Below are positions 1 through 8,930 of a stretch of 64,000 bases of DNA, one piece after another. The stretch is taken from NCBI GenBank assembly GCA_016929435.1, contig JAFGIV010000013.1, positions 15,822 to 79,821 of the forward strand, given 5' to 3'. The notes beneath the pieces were generated by a model that was not told the origin of the DNA, did no database searches, and saw only the letters and a program-made list of their open reading frames with translations. Origin of the DNA: Candidatus Uhrbacteria bacterium (GTDB taxonomy: Bacteria > Patescibacteriota > Patescibacteriia > SG8-24). Each line of letters opens with the position of its first letter. Position 1 is the stretch's first letter. The position numbers and the translations under genes are program-made.

Positions 1-1
1 C

Positions 2-178
2 GGTGTCCCGAACGTCACCGGGAAGATCCTGGGTTCGCCCAGCAAGCTCAACAACACGAAGGCCGCCTTTCAGGCGCTGAAGCGCCTGATGCCGCCGATC
101 GTGAGGAAGGCCGCTCCGGCAGCAGAGGGGGAGGGGGCTGCGGAAAAGTTACCGGTGAATACGGATGAAGGGAAATAA
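2..178 (+). CDS. rpsE: 30S ribosomal protein S5, 3' end (partial)
   Basis: Frame 2 reads GVPNVTGKILGSPSKLNNTKAAFQALKRL..., matching the S5 C-terminus; TAA at 176-178; lies directly before rplO. Confidence 0.85.
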   Translation, partial: GVPNVTGKILGSPSKLNNTKAAFQALKRLMPPIVRKAAPAAEGEGAAEKLPVNTDEGK

Positions 179-189
179 GACGAACGATT

Positions 190-630
190 ATGGCACTATC
201 ACTGAGTAACCTGAAACCGTCCAGGGGTTCGCGTTCGAACAGCAAGCGGGTCGGACGCGGCAACGCCTCCGGAAAGGGAACGACGGCCGGGCGGGGGACC
301 AAGGGACAGAAGGCACGGACCGGCGGCCGCGGAAGGAACAAGATCCGCGGCATGCGCCGACTGGTTTTGGCGACCCCGAAGCTACGCGGTTTCAGCCGTC
401 AGGGCACGGAGACCGTTGCCGTAAACCTTAGGGACATCCAGAATGCGTTTCGGGAAGGGGCGGTCATAAACCCCAGAAACCTGCGCACAAAGGGACTGAT
501 CGCTTCCAGCGACAGGACCGTAAAGATATTGGGGACCGGTGTCCTGAAGAAGGCCGTTCGGGTCGAGGGGTGCCTGGTTTCGGTTTCCGCCAAGGACAAG
601 ATATTGGCGTCAGGCGGCGAGGTGCGGTAG
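190..630 (+). CDS. rplO: 50S ribosomal protein L15
   Basis: KRVGRGNASGKGTTAGRGTKGQKAR motif; precedes secY. Confidence 0.97.
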   Translation: MALSLSNLKPSRGSRSNSKRVGRGNASGKGTTAGRGTKGQKARTGGRGRNKIRGMRRLVLATPKLRGFSRQGTETVAVNLRDIQNAFREGAVINPRNLRTKGLIASSDRTVKILGTGVLKKAVRVEGCLVSVSAKDKILASGGEVR

Positions 631-653
631 GATAACGGAGAACCCACTCCCGT

Positions 654-1931
654 ATGATCATCGAAAAGATCCGCCAAATCTGGAAGATCCGCGACTTGAG
701 GAACAGCATCCTTTTCCTGCTGGCCATGCTGGTGCTGTTTCGGGTGGCGTCGCACGTCCCGGTTCCGGGCGTTGATTTGGCGGCCCTCAAGGACTTCTTC
801 GATTCCAATGACGTCTTGGGCCTGATCAGCGTCTTTTCCGGCGGTTCGATGGCGACCTTTTCCATCGTTGCCCTGGGGGTCGGTCCGTACATTACCGCCT
901 CGATCATCTTCCAGCTGTTGGCAATGGTCGTCCCGCGGCTGGAGGAGATCCAGAAGGACGGACCTTCCGGACAGGCCCGGATATCCCAATGGACAAGGAT
1001 GCTGACCGTCCCCCTGGCGGCCCTCCAGGCCTACAGCATGATCCACCTGCTTCGTTCGTCCGGACGCCAGATCATCGGTGACCTGTCGGTCCTGGACTAC
1101 GTCACCACCATCATGGTGATGACCGCCGGCACCGTTTTCATCATGTGGATCGGCGAGCTCATTACCGAACGGAAAATAGGCAACGGCATCTCCATCCTGA
1201 TTTTCGCCAACATCGTCGACCGGATTCCCCAGGCTATCCAGCAGGCAATCGTCAGCTTCGAGCCGTCCCAGATAATTATTTGGGCCGCCTTTCTGGCCAT
1301 TGCCGTCATTACGGTCGCCAGCGTGGTTTTCGTGTCCGAGGGACAGAGGAACCTTCCGGTGGTCTATGCCCGGCGTTTGAGGGGAGGGCAGTCGTTTGGC
1401 GGCGTAGAGACCCACCTGCCGCTTCGCGTCAACATGGCCGGGGTCATCCCGATCATTTTCGCCATATCGATCGTCCTGTTGCCGCCCATGGTAGCCCAGT
1501 TTTTTGTGGGCGCCAAAAGCGCGTGGGTAGCCTCAACGGCCGAATGGATCATTGCCGTTTCCCAGAACCAGTGGCTTTACGGCCTGACCTATTTCGTGCT
1601 GGTTTTTGCCTTTACCTACTTCTACACGGCGGTCGTGTTTCACCCCGATCGGGTGGCGGAGAACCTCCAGAAGCAGGGGGGGTTCATTCCCGGAATCCGG
1701 CCCGGACAGCCGACAGTCGAACACATCCAGAGGACCGTCAACCGGATCATGCCCTTCGGAGCCGCCTTTTTGGCCACCGTGGCCGTCCTGCCGCTGGCCC
1801 TGCAGGGTTTCACTGACACGCAGTTCCTGGTCATCGGCGGTACCGGGCTGCTGATCGTCGTCTCGGTCGTCATTGAGATGGTCAACCAGATCAAGGCCCA
1901 GCTGGTGATGAGGGAATACGATTCGGTTTAG
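654..1931 (+). CDS. secY: Preprotein translocase subunit SecY
   Basis: SIVALGVGPYITASIIFQLL, IGNGISILIF, FIPGIRPG motifs; ~10 TM segments. Confidence 0.98.
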   Translation: MIIEKIRQIWKIRDLRNSILFLLAMLVLFRVASHVPVPGVDLAALKDFFDSNDVLGLISVFSGGSMATFSIVALGVGPYITASIIFQLLAMVVPRLEEIQKDGPSGQARISQWTRMLTVPLAALQAYSMIHLLRSSGRQIIGDLSVLDYVTTIMVMTAGTVFIMWIGELITERKIGNGISILIFANIVDRIPQAIQQAIVSFEPSQIIIWAAFLAIAVITVASVVFVSEGQRNLPVVYARRLRGGQSFGGVETHLPLRVNMAGVIPIIFAISIVLLPPMVAQFFVGAKSAWVASTAEWIIAVSQNQWLYGLTYFVLVFAFTYFYTAVVFHPDRVAENLQKQGGFIPGIRPGQPTVEHIQRTVNRIMPFGAAFLATVAVLPLALQGFTDTQFLVIGGTGLLIVVSVVIEMVNQIKAQLVMREYDSV

Positions 1932-1959
1932 GCGGGCAATCCCGGCATGTTGGGCAAGA

Positions 1960-1982
1960 CCGTCCCGAGAGGGGCGGTTTTT
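1960..1982 (+). terminator. Intrinsic terminator after secY
   Basis: CCGTCCC-GAGA-GGGGCGG stem-loop followed by a T run. Confidence 0.65.
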
Positions 1983-2032
1983 GGTTGGCCGGCGCCTCCT
2001 TCCGGGAAGCGGGCCTGTGATATAATTACAGT

Positions 2033-2869
2033 ATGCCGAACGGGAAAAAAATTTCGGTTTTTGCGCTTTTGTTCCAGGGAACGGCCTTCGTGCTGACCGT
2101 CGGCCTGGCTTTAGCCGCAAAATTCTGGCATCCGATGTCGGCAAGCGGATACGGGAAACCCGGCCAGGTTTCCGTTTGGGGTTTCCTGGCCGCATTTACG
2201 GTCATGACCGCCTTCGTTTTGGCGATATTGCGCCACCGTTTGGGAGTAAGGGTCTTTTCCGTGATGTTCACGGCAGCCGTGTTTTTTGGGGTGGCCCTTA
2301 TCGGTTTGGCGATGGCCGGGGAGGCGGGGGCGGTGATCGGGTTTTCCGTAGCCGTTTTCCTTCACTATTCCGTCGCTCGGGTCTGGTCGTTCGACCTGGT
2401 CCTTTCGGTCGGGTTGGCCGGGGTGGCCCTTAGCCTTGGAGACTCGCTGGCTCCGACCGGGGCGGCCGTGATTCTGGCGGCCATATCCATCTATGACATA
2501 TTTGCGGTTTACGGAAGCCGCCACATGGTGGGGATGGCGGGACGTCTCCTGGACGGGGGGGCTGGTTTTGCCATGATGGTTCCGGTCAGCCCCAAAGGCC
2601 TTTTGGTCCGGACTGACCGGTCCCGTGCGGGGAACGGCTTGTTTTATTTGGGTACGGGGGATATCGTCCTGCCGGCCATGATGGCCGTTTCCGCTTCCCG
2701 AACCGGCCTGTTTTCCGGTTTGGTCGTCATGTTCGGTGCCTTGGTTGGTCAAATTTTCAATTTAGTGGTATTTTTTAGGCAGGACAGGTTACGGCCCGTT
2801 CCAGCCCTGCCACTTACGGCCACCGGATCGATTTTGGCCTATCTGGCGGTTTCCGTGTTCGTTAACTAG
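2033..2869 (+). CDS. Presenilin/signal peptide peptidase-like intramembrane aspartyl protease (GxGD, A22-like)
   Basis: Polytopic membrane protein with ISIYDIFAVY (YD), YLGTGDIVLP (GxGD) and PVPALP (PAL) in presenilin order. Confidence 0.85.
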   Translation: MPNGKKISVFALLFQGTAFVLTVGLALAAKFWHPMSASGYGKPGQVSVWGFLAAFTVMTAFVLAILRHRLGVRVFSVMFTAAVFFGVALIGLAMAGEAGAVIGFSVAVFLHYSVARVWSFDLVLSVGLAGVALSLGDSLAPTGAAVILAAISIYDIFAVYGSRHMVGMAGRLLDGGAGFAMMVPVSPKGLLVRTDRSRAGNGLFYLGTGDIVLPAMMAVSASRTGLFSGLVVMFGALVGQIFNLVVFFRQDRLRPVPALPLTATGSILAYLAVSVFVN

Positions 2870-2878
2870 GGAACAGAC

Positions 2879-3535
2879 ATGCTGAACGTCATCATGATCG
2901 GCCCACAGGGGTCGGGAAAGGGAACCCAGTCGGAACTGCTGTCCGAGAGGTTAGGATTGCCCATGGTTTCCGTCGGGCAGCTTTTGAGGGCCGAAACGGA
3001 CCGCCAGACCGGGCTGGGACGGGAAATAGACCGTTACCTGAAGTCCGGGGAACTGGTCCCGTCCGACATCATCCGCCATGTCATCAAGGACCGTCTCGGT
3101 GACCAGGATACGGATCAGGGGGTGGTTCTGGACGGGTATCCCCGGACCGTTGAGCAGGCCGAAACCCTGGATGAGATCATGACCGGACTGAACCGGCACG
3201 TTACGCACGCCATTTACCTGGACATTTCCGACGAGACGGCCGTGAATCGAATATCCGGGCGGAGAGTCTGCTCTAACCATCGCTGCGGACTGAACTACCA
3301 CGCCACCCTCAATCCCCCCAAGCGGGAAGGGGTATGCGATTCGTGCGGCCATGCCCTGACGGTACGGGAGGACGACAATCCGGAGGCCATCCGGCAACGC
3401 CTTTCCCTTTTCCACGAGAAGAGCCAGCCGCTGGCGGATTACTACGAGAGGCGGGGAATACTCCACCGCTTTGACGGAAATAAGGAGATTGCGGATGTCA
3501 GTCGGGATATCCTGGGGATTTTGAGGGACAGGTGA
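2879..3535 (+). CDS. adk: Adenylate kinase (Zn-binding LID type)
   Basis: GPQGSGKGTQ P-loop, LDGYPRT, Cys-containing LID. Confidence 0.95.
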   Translation: MLNVIMIGPQGSGKGTQSELLSERLGLPMVSVGQLLRAETDRQTGLGREIDRYLKSGELVPSDIIRHVIKDRLGDQDTDQGVVLDGYPRTVEQAETLDEIMTGLNRHVTHAIYLDISDETAVNRISGRRVCSNHRCGLNYHATLNPPKREGVCDSCGHALTVREDDNPEAIRQRLSLFHEKSQPLADYYERRGILHRFDGNKEIADVSRDILGILRDR

Positions 3536-3560
3536 AAACAGTGCCGGACGCAACGGCAAG

Positions 3561-3584
3561 ACCGCCCTTAAATGGCGGTTTTTT
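3561..3584 (+). terminator. Intrinsic terminator after adk
   Basis: ACCGCC-CTTAAAT-GGCGGT followed by TTTTT. Confidence 0.6.
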
Positions 3585-3614
3585 CGTTTGTCCTGTAGAA
3601 TACGGGTTAAGCGT

Positions 3615-4400
3615 ATGTTAGAAGCCAAGACCGAAAAGGAGCTGGAAGCCATCCGTGAGGGGGGCAGGATCCTATCGCAAATAATCGGCGAATTAGCCAA
3701 AGCCGTCCGTCCTGGAATCGGGACAGGCGAGCTGGAACGGATGGCCCTGGACATGATGTCCGAGGCCGGCGGTCAGCCGTCGTTTAAGGGGTATGGGGGC
3801 AGCCGGAAGGTCAAGCCGTTCCCGACCGCCATCTGCGCTTCCCTGAACCATGAGGTGGTTCACGGGTTTTCCTTGCCGTCCAAGACGGTGCGGGACGGGG
3901 ACCTTCTGAAGATCGATGCGGGCTTGAGGTACCGCGGATGTTATACGGACATGGCCGTGACCGTCGGGGCCGGAAAGGTCGGGGCAAGGGAAATAGAGTT
4001 GGCCCGGGTAACGCGGGAGGCCCTGATATTGGGGGTCGAACAGGTCCGCCACGGGGCTTGGGTCAGCGACATCGGAAAGGCGATTGACCGGCATGTCCGG
4101 CGACACGGTTTCAGTACGGTGAAGGATCTGGTTGGACACGGGGTCGGACGGGCCGTGCACGAGGACCCGCAGATACCGAACTACCTGGACCGCCGGTCTG
4201 CCCCAATCCGCCTTTTTCGCAACTTGGTTCTGGCCATTGAGCCGATGGTGAACATGGGCGGAGAGGAGGTCAACTGCGAGAACGACGGGTGGACCGTGAC
4301 GACCGCTGACCGGTCCCTGTCCGCACATTTCGAGATGACCGTAATAGTCGGCCAGGACGGGCCGGAAATAGTGACCCCCTTACCAGATTTTTTCGCTTGA
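3615..4400 (+). CDS. map: Methionine aminopeptidase type I
   Basis: SLNHEVVHG, DAG...YTD, GHGVG, HEDP, IEPM, SAHFE; ATG at 3615 preferred. Confidence 0.96.
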   Translation: MLEAKTEKELEAIREGGRILSQIIGELAKAVRPGIGTGELERMALDMMSEAGGQPSFKGYGGSRKVKPFPTAICASLNHEVVHGFSLPSKTVRDGDLLKIDAGLRYRGCYTDMAVTVGAGKVGAREIELARVTREALILGVEQVRHGAWVSDIGKAIDRHVRRHGFSTVKDLVGHGVGRAVHEDPQIPNYLDRRSAPIRLFRNLVLAIEPMVNMGGEEVNCENDGWTVTTADRSLSAHFEMTVIVGQDGPEIVTPLPDFFA

Positions 4401-4402
4401 AC

Positions 4403-4810
4403 ATGCGGATCATTGGTATTGATTACGGGTTGGCAAGAATTGGGTCGGCAATTTGGGACAGTCAGGCCGACCTTGTCCTTCCCTTGGGGGTCATTGCCGA
4501 AAGGGATTTTAAACGGGCGGTTTCGGCGGTCGCCGGGCTGTGCCTGGAGGAAAGGGCGGATCTGGTGGTGGTCGGACTGCCGAAACGGCTGTCCGGCGAG
4601 GGGACCGGAGAGCAGGTCGGGCGGACCGAACGATTTGTGGCGGCCCTTCGGGATGAGACCGGTCTTCCGATAGAGATGGAGGACGAAAGGATGACGTCCG
4701 GTGTGGCCGAAAGCCAGAGGCGACATGCCAAACCCGGGCAGGTTGCGGAAAGGGATGCCTTGGCGGCCGTAGCCATCCTGGAGTCGCATGTCCGGAGGGG
4801 AATTCGGTAA
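4403..4810 (+). CDS. yqgF: YqgF/RuvX pre-16S rRNA nuclease
   Basis: IIGIDYGLARIG, VVGLP, EDERMTS, DALAAVAILE. Confidence 0.92.
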   Translation: MRIIGIDYGLARIGSAIWDSQADLVLPLGVIAERDFKRAVSAVAGLCLEERADLVVVGLPKRLSGEGTGEQVGRTERFVAALRDETGLPIEMEDERMTSGVAESQRRHAKPGQVAERDALAAVAILESHVRRGIR

Positions 4811-4824
4811 ACCGGACCGGTTTT

Positions 4825-5574
4825 ATGTCCACGACATTTCGTGATCAGGCGATCGTTCTTAAGACCGTGCCGATGCGGGACGCTGATCGCCGCTATGTGG
4901 TTTACGGGCGGGAGCGGGGGAAGATGATCCTTCTGGCCAAGGGGGTCAGGCGGGGGAGAAGCAAGATGTCCCCGCACATGGCTTGGTTCGGGACGGTAGA
5001 CATCATGGTGGCACGGGGGAAGATCCTTGACCGTTTGGCCGGGGCCAGCCTGGCCCGACCGTTTGACGGGGTTTTGGAGTCGTTGACAAAGGCCTCCTTG
5101 GCACAGGGGTTTCTCCTGGCAGTTGATGCCCTTACCAGGCAGGAACAGCCGGACCGGCGAATTTTCGGGCTGATCGGGGATTTTCTGGAAGTTTTGGACC
5201 GTGCTGACCTGATTCGGTCCCCTGACGGCCGAGGCCCGCTGTTTGACGCCGCCGCATTGAAGCTTTTGGATGCGGTGGGGTTCGGACCGGAACTGGACCG
5301 CTGTGTCCGGTGCCGCAAACCGTCCGGCCCTTCCATGGCCATGAACTTTATGCAGGGGGGACTGGAGTGCCAGGCCTGTCGCCGTCCGGACTCCCTCCCC
5401 CTCCTTCCGGAAACGGTCGAACGGCTGCGTCGTTTCCGGAACGCCCCCCTTTCGGAGTCGGCTGCCGTGCCGCCGCCGTTCCAGGCCACGGCCAGGGTGA
5501 TCGAGACCCTTTTGGGCAACCAGGTGGATGACCGCTATCCGGCCATGAGTTTCCTGAGGCGGGTGGCTGCCTGA
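4825..5574 (+). CDS. recO: DNA repair protein RecO
   Basis: AIVLK...DADR...GK...AKGVRR N-terminal OB fold; GFGPELDRCVRC...GGLECQAC zinc finger. Confidence 0.92.
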   Translation: MSTTFRDQAIVLKTVPMRDADRRYVVYGRERGKMILLAKGVRRGRSKMSPHMAWFGTVDIMVARGKILDRLAGASLARPFDGVLESLTKASLAQGFLLAVDALTRQEQPDRRIFGLIGDFLEVLDRADLIRSPDGRGPLFDAAALKLLDAVGFGPELDRCVRCRKPSGPSMAMNFMQGGLECQACRRPDSLPLLPETVERLRRFRNAPLSESAAVPPPFQATARVIETLLGNQVDDRYPAMSFLRRVAA

Positions 5575-5629
5575 TTTCTTGCCAGTCTTTGAGGAAAATG
5601 GCACGATTAACCGGCTATCGAAAAACCTT

Positions 5630-6931
5630 ATGGACAGCAACAGAATCGACATCAGGGATGCTCCGAAACACGTCGGTGAAGAGGTGGAAATCCGCGGCTG
5701 GAACTACAATAGCCGGTCTTCCGGGAAGATCGCCTTTCTGCAGCTGCGGGACGGGACAGGGCGGATTCAGGCCGTGGTGGTGTCCGGTGCGGTTTCCGGC
5801 GAATCCTGGCAGGCGGCCAAGTCGCTCAATACCGAGTCCTCGGTGATCGTTCGGGGGGTGGTGAAAGGGGAGCACCGGGCCCCGTCCGGGGTGGAGCTTC
5901 AGACGACGGCCGTGGAAGTCGTGGCTTTGGCGGAGGAATACCCCATCGGCAAAAAAGAGCACGGCGTCGATTTCCTGATGGACTACCGCCATCTCTGGAT
6001 TCGGTCCGCCCGGCAGGAGGCGATTCTCCGCATCCGGGACGAGATCAGCTTCGGCCTACGCGAGTTCATGAAGCAGCGCGGTTTTGTCCTAACCGATTCC
6101 CCGATCTTCACGCCGAGCGCATGTGAGGGCACGACCGACCTGTTTGAGGTCAAGTATTTCGACGACAAGGCCTATCTTTCCCAGTCCGGCCAGCTTTACC
6201 TGGAGGCGACTTCGGCGGCCCTCGGGAAGACCTACTGCTTCGGGCCGGCTTTCCGGTCGGAGAAGTCCAAGACCCGCCGTCACCTGACCGAATTCTGGAT
6301 GCTGGAGGCAGAGGTGGCCTTCATGGACTGGGAGGAGAACATGCAGGTGCAGGAGGACATGACCGTCCACGTGCTGAAAAGGGTCTTGGACAACTGCCAG
6401 GACGAGCTGAAGGCACTGGAACGGGACACGGCGCCCCTGAAGACGGCGGCCGAGGGCAATTTCCCCCGCATGCACCATGCCGAGGCGGTCAGGAAACTGC
6501 GGGAGTTGGGTTCTGACATCGGGGACAGGGACGATTTGGGGGCCGACGACGAAACCGTCCTGACCAGGCAGTTCGACCGGCCGGTTTTCATCCACCACTA
6601 TCCGGTGGAGGCCAAGGCCTTCTACATGAAACCGGACCCGAACGAGCCGGACCGGGCGCTGTGCGCCGACATGCTGGCCCCGGAAGGCTATGGGGAGGTG
6701 ATCGGCGGCTCCCAGCGCATCGATGACCTTAAGCTCCTGGAGGAACGGATCAGGGAAAAGGGGTTGCCGGTAGAGGCCTTCGAGTGGTTTCTGGACATCC
6801 GCCGCTACGGTTCCGTTCCCCATTCCGGGTTCGGCATCGGACTGGAGCGGACCGTGGCCTGGATCTGCGGCATTGAGCACGTCCGGGAGACCATCCCGTT
6901 CCCGCGGACCATTTACCGGATTAAGCCTTAG
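5630..6931 (+). CDS. asnS: Asparagine--tRNA ligase
   Basis: SGKIAFLQLRDG, YLSQSGQLYLE, FRSEKSKTRRHLTEFW, PHSGFGIGLER; ATG at 5630. Confidence 0.95.
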   Translation: MDSNRIDIRDAPKHVGEEVEIRGWNYNSRSSGKIAFLQLRDGTGRIQAVVVSGAVSGESWQAAKSLNTESSVIVRGVVKGEHRAPSGVELQTTAVEVVALAEEYPIGKKEHGVDFLMDYRHLWIRSARQEAILRIRDEISFGLREFMKQRGFVLTDSPIFTPSACEGTTDLFEVKYFDDKAYLSQSGQLYLEATSAALGKTYCFGPAFRSEKSKTRRHLTEFWMLEAEVAFMDWEENMQVQEDMTVHVLKRVLDNCQDELKALERDTAPLKTAAEGNFPRMHHAEAVRKLRELGSDIGDRDDLGADDETVLTRQFDRPVFIHHYPVEAKAFYMKPDPNEPDRALCADMLAPEGYGEVIGGSQRIDDLKLLEERIREKGLPVEAFEWFLDIRRYGSVPHSGFGIGLERTVAWICGIEHVRETIPFPRTIYRIKP

Positions 6932-6943
6932 GCCACCAAAAAT

Positions 6944-8338
6944 ATGTCACGAACACTCGTCATAGACACCGTCGGCAAGGTCGGGCAGGAGGTCACCCTG
7001 TCCGGTTGGGTTCATGTCCGGAGGGACATGGGCAAGCTGGTCTTCATTGACCTGCGCGACCGGACCGGCACTATCCAGGCGGTTTTCCTGCCAAACCGGA
7101 AAGAGCTGCTGGAACAGGCCAATGTCCTGCGTCCGGAGTTCTGCGTCAGCCTGACCGGCACGGTCAATGCCCGCCCGGACAAGCAGGTCAATCCGGACAT
7201 GGCCACCGGAACGGTGGAGTTGGAGGTGACCGGTCTCACGATCCTGAACGAGGCCAAGACCCCGCCGTTCGAGATCGACAGGGACACCAGGGGAATAAGC
7301 GAGGAATTGCGCCTCAAATACCGCTATCTGGACCTGCGGACCGATCGGATGAGGAAAAACCTGAAGTTAAGGGCCGACGTCACCTCCTCCTTCAGGAAGT
7401 TCCTGGTCGGGGAGGGTTTCACCGAGGTCGAAACCCCCATCCTGACCAAGGGAACCCCCGAGGGTTCGCGGGAGTACCTGGTGCCGTCACGCCTGCATCC
7501 CGGAAAGTTCTATGTCCTTCCCCAGTCGCCGCAGCAGTTCAAGCAGCTCCTGATGGTCGCCGGGGCGGAAAGGTATTTCCAGGTCGCCCGGTGCTTCCGG
7601 GACGAGGATCAGCGCGGTGACCGCCAGCCGGAGTTCACCCAGCTGGACATGGAGATGTCTTTCGTCTATGGGGAGGAGGACGTGATGGGTATCGTGGAAG
7701 GGATGTTCAAGACGATGCTGAAGGAGGTCGCCCCGGAGAAGAGACTGACCTTCACCGAGTTCCCGCGGATCGGCTATGCCGAGGCGATGGAGAAGTACGG
7801 CAGCGATAAGCCAGACCTGAGAAAAGACAAGAACGATCCCAACGAATTGGCCTTCTGTTGGGTGGTGGATTTCCCGCTGTTCGAGATGTCCGAAACCGAG
7901 GGCCGCCTGGTATCCGCCCACCACCCGTTTACGGCCCCGAAGGACGAGGACCTGCCCCTGCTGGATGCCGAACCGGCCAAGGTCCGGGCCAAGGCCTATG
8001 ACATCGTCCTGAACGGGTATGAGATCGGAGGCGGCAGCATCAGGATCCACAAACGGGAACTGCAGAACCGGATATTCCAGATATTGGGCATTCCCGACGG
8101 GGACATCGCCCTGCGGTTCGGGCACATCCTGGAGGCCTTTGAATACGGTGCGCCGCCGCACGGCGGCATTGCCCCGGGGCTGGACCGGGTCGTCATGCTT
8201 TTGGCCGGGGAGCCGAACATCCGGGAGGTCATACCGTTCCCCAAGACCGGTGATGCGAGGGGCCTCATGATGGGCGATCCGTCGGAGATCCCTTCCGCCC
8301 AACTGGCCGAGGCGAACATCGAGATCGCCAAGAAATAA
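6944..8338 (+). CDS. aspS: Aspartate--tRNA ligase, short form lacking the GAD insertion
   Basis: [50 protein letters not shown]; 464 aa. Confidence 0.95.
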   Translation: MSRTLVIDTVGKVGQEVTLSGWVHVRRDMGKLVFIDLRDRTGTIQAVFLPNRKELLEQANVLRPEFCVSLTGTVNARPDKQVNPDMATGTVELEVTGLTILNEAKTPPFEIDRDTRGISEELRLKYRYLDLRTDRMRKNLKLRADVTSSFRKFLVGEGFTEVETPILTKGTPEGSREYLVPSRLHPGKFYVLPQSPQQFKQLLMVAGAERYFQVARCFRDEDQRGDRQPEFTQLDMEMSFVYGEEDVMGIVEGMFKTMLKEVAPEKRLTFTEFPRIGYAEAMEKYGSDKPDLRKDKNDPNELAFCWVVDFPLFEMSETEGRLVSAHHPFTAPKDEDLPLLDAEPAKVRAKAYDIVLNGYEIGGGSIRIHKRELQNRIFQILGIPDGDIALRFGHILEAFEYGAPPHGGIAPGLDRVVMLLAGEPNIREVIPFPKTGDARGLMMGDPSEIPSAQLAEANIEIAKK

Positions 8339-8366
8339 CCCGCCTTCGGCCCCTCTTGGGGAAAAG

Positions 8367-8386
8367 ACCCCTACCCCCTTCGGGGG
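8367..8386. repeat. Left inverted repeat/hairpin flanking the DUF559 gene
   Basis: ACCCCTACCCCCTTCGGGGG; near reverse complement of 8855-8875. Confidence 0.7.
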
Positions 8387-8390
8387 GGCT

Positions 8391-8879
8391 ATGAAAAGCG
8401 GGCACGGCGAAGATTTTGGTAAAACACGGCTTGAGAGACTGGAATGCGGCGGTCTGTCTAAGGAAGCCGTTGGCGGAATCGGGCATAAGAGGCTGTATCA
8501 CGAACTGGCATCATCGGCTCGAAAGATGAGGGAGAATCCGACCGTGGCGGAGTCGAGACTGTGGAATGAGATTCGGGAATCCCGCTTGGGCGCCAGGTTT
8601 CGCAGGCAATACGTCATCGACAGGTTTATTGTCGATTTCTGCTGCATAAAATTGAGGTTGGCGATTGAGGTGGACGGTTCGGTACATGACACCCGGAAAG
8701 AGTATGATGCAGAACGGGATCTGATATTGGAATCCTATGGCTGTAAGGTCTTGCGGTTCCCCAACGCCCAAGTCACGGGAGAGATTGAAATCGTGCTGAA
8801 TGCGATTCGTCACGCTATTGAATGTCGGATTGAGAGGACACCCCCAAACAAGTTCCCCCGAAGGGGGACAGGGGTTTAA
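8391..8879 (+). CDS. DUF559 (Vsr-like PD-(D/E)XK) endonuclease
   Basis: ARKMRENPTVAESRLW, FRRQYVIDRFIVDF, LAIEVDGSVH, RDLIL...VLRF. Confidence 0.9.
   Translation: MKSGHGEDFGKTRLERLECGGLSKEAVGGIGHKRLYHELASSARKMRENPTVAESRLWNEIRESRLGARFRRQYVIDRFIVDFCCIKLRLAIEVDGSVHDTRKEYDAERDLILESYGCKVLRFPNAQVTGEIEIVLNAIRHAIECRIERTPPNKFPRRGTGV
8855..8875. repeat. Right inverted repeat/hairpin at the end of the DUF559 gene
   Basis: CCCCCGAAGGGGGACAGGGGT; reverse complement ACCCCTGTCCCCCTTCGGGGG. Confidence 0.7.
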
Positions 8880-8897
8880 AAAACCTTTCAAAAACGC

Positions 8898-8924
8898 AAA
8901 ACCGCCCTCAAGAGGGGCGGTTTT
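8898..8924. terminator. Bidirectional intrinsic terminator
   Basis: AAAACCGCCCT-CAAG-AGGGGCGGTTTT. Confidence 0.7.
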
Positions 8925-8930
8925 AAAAAT

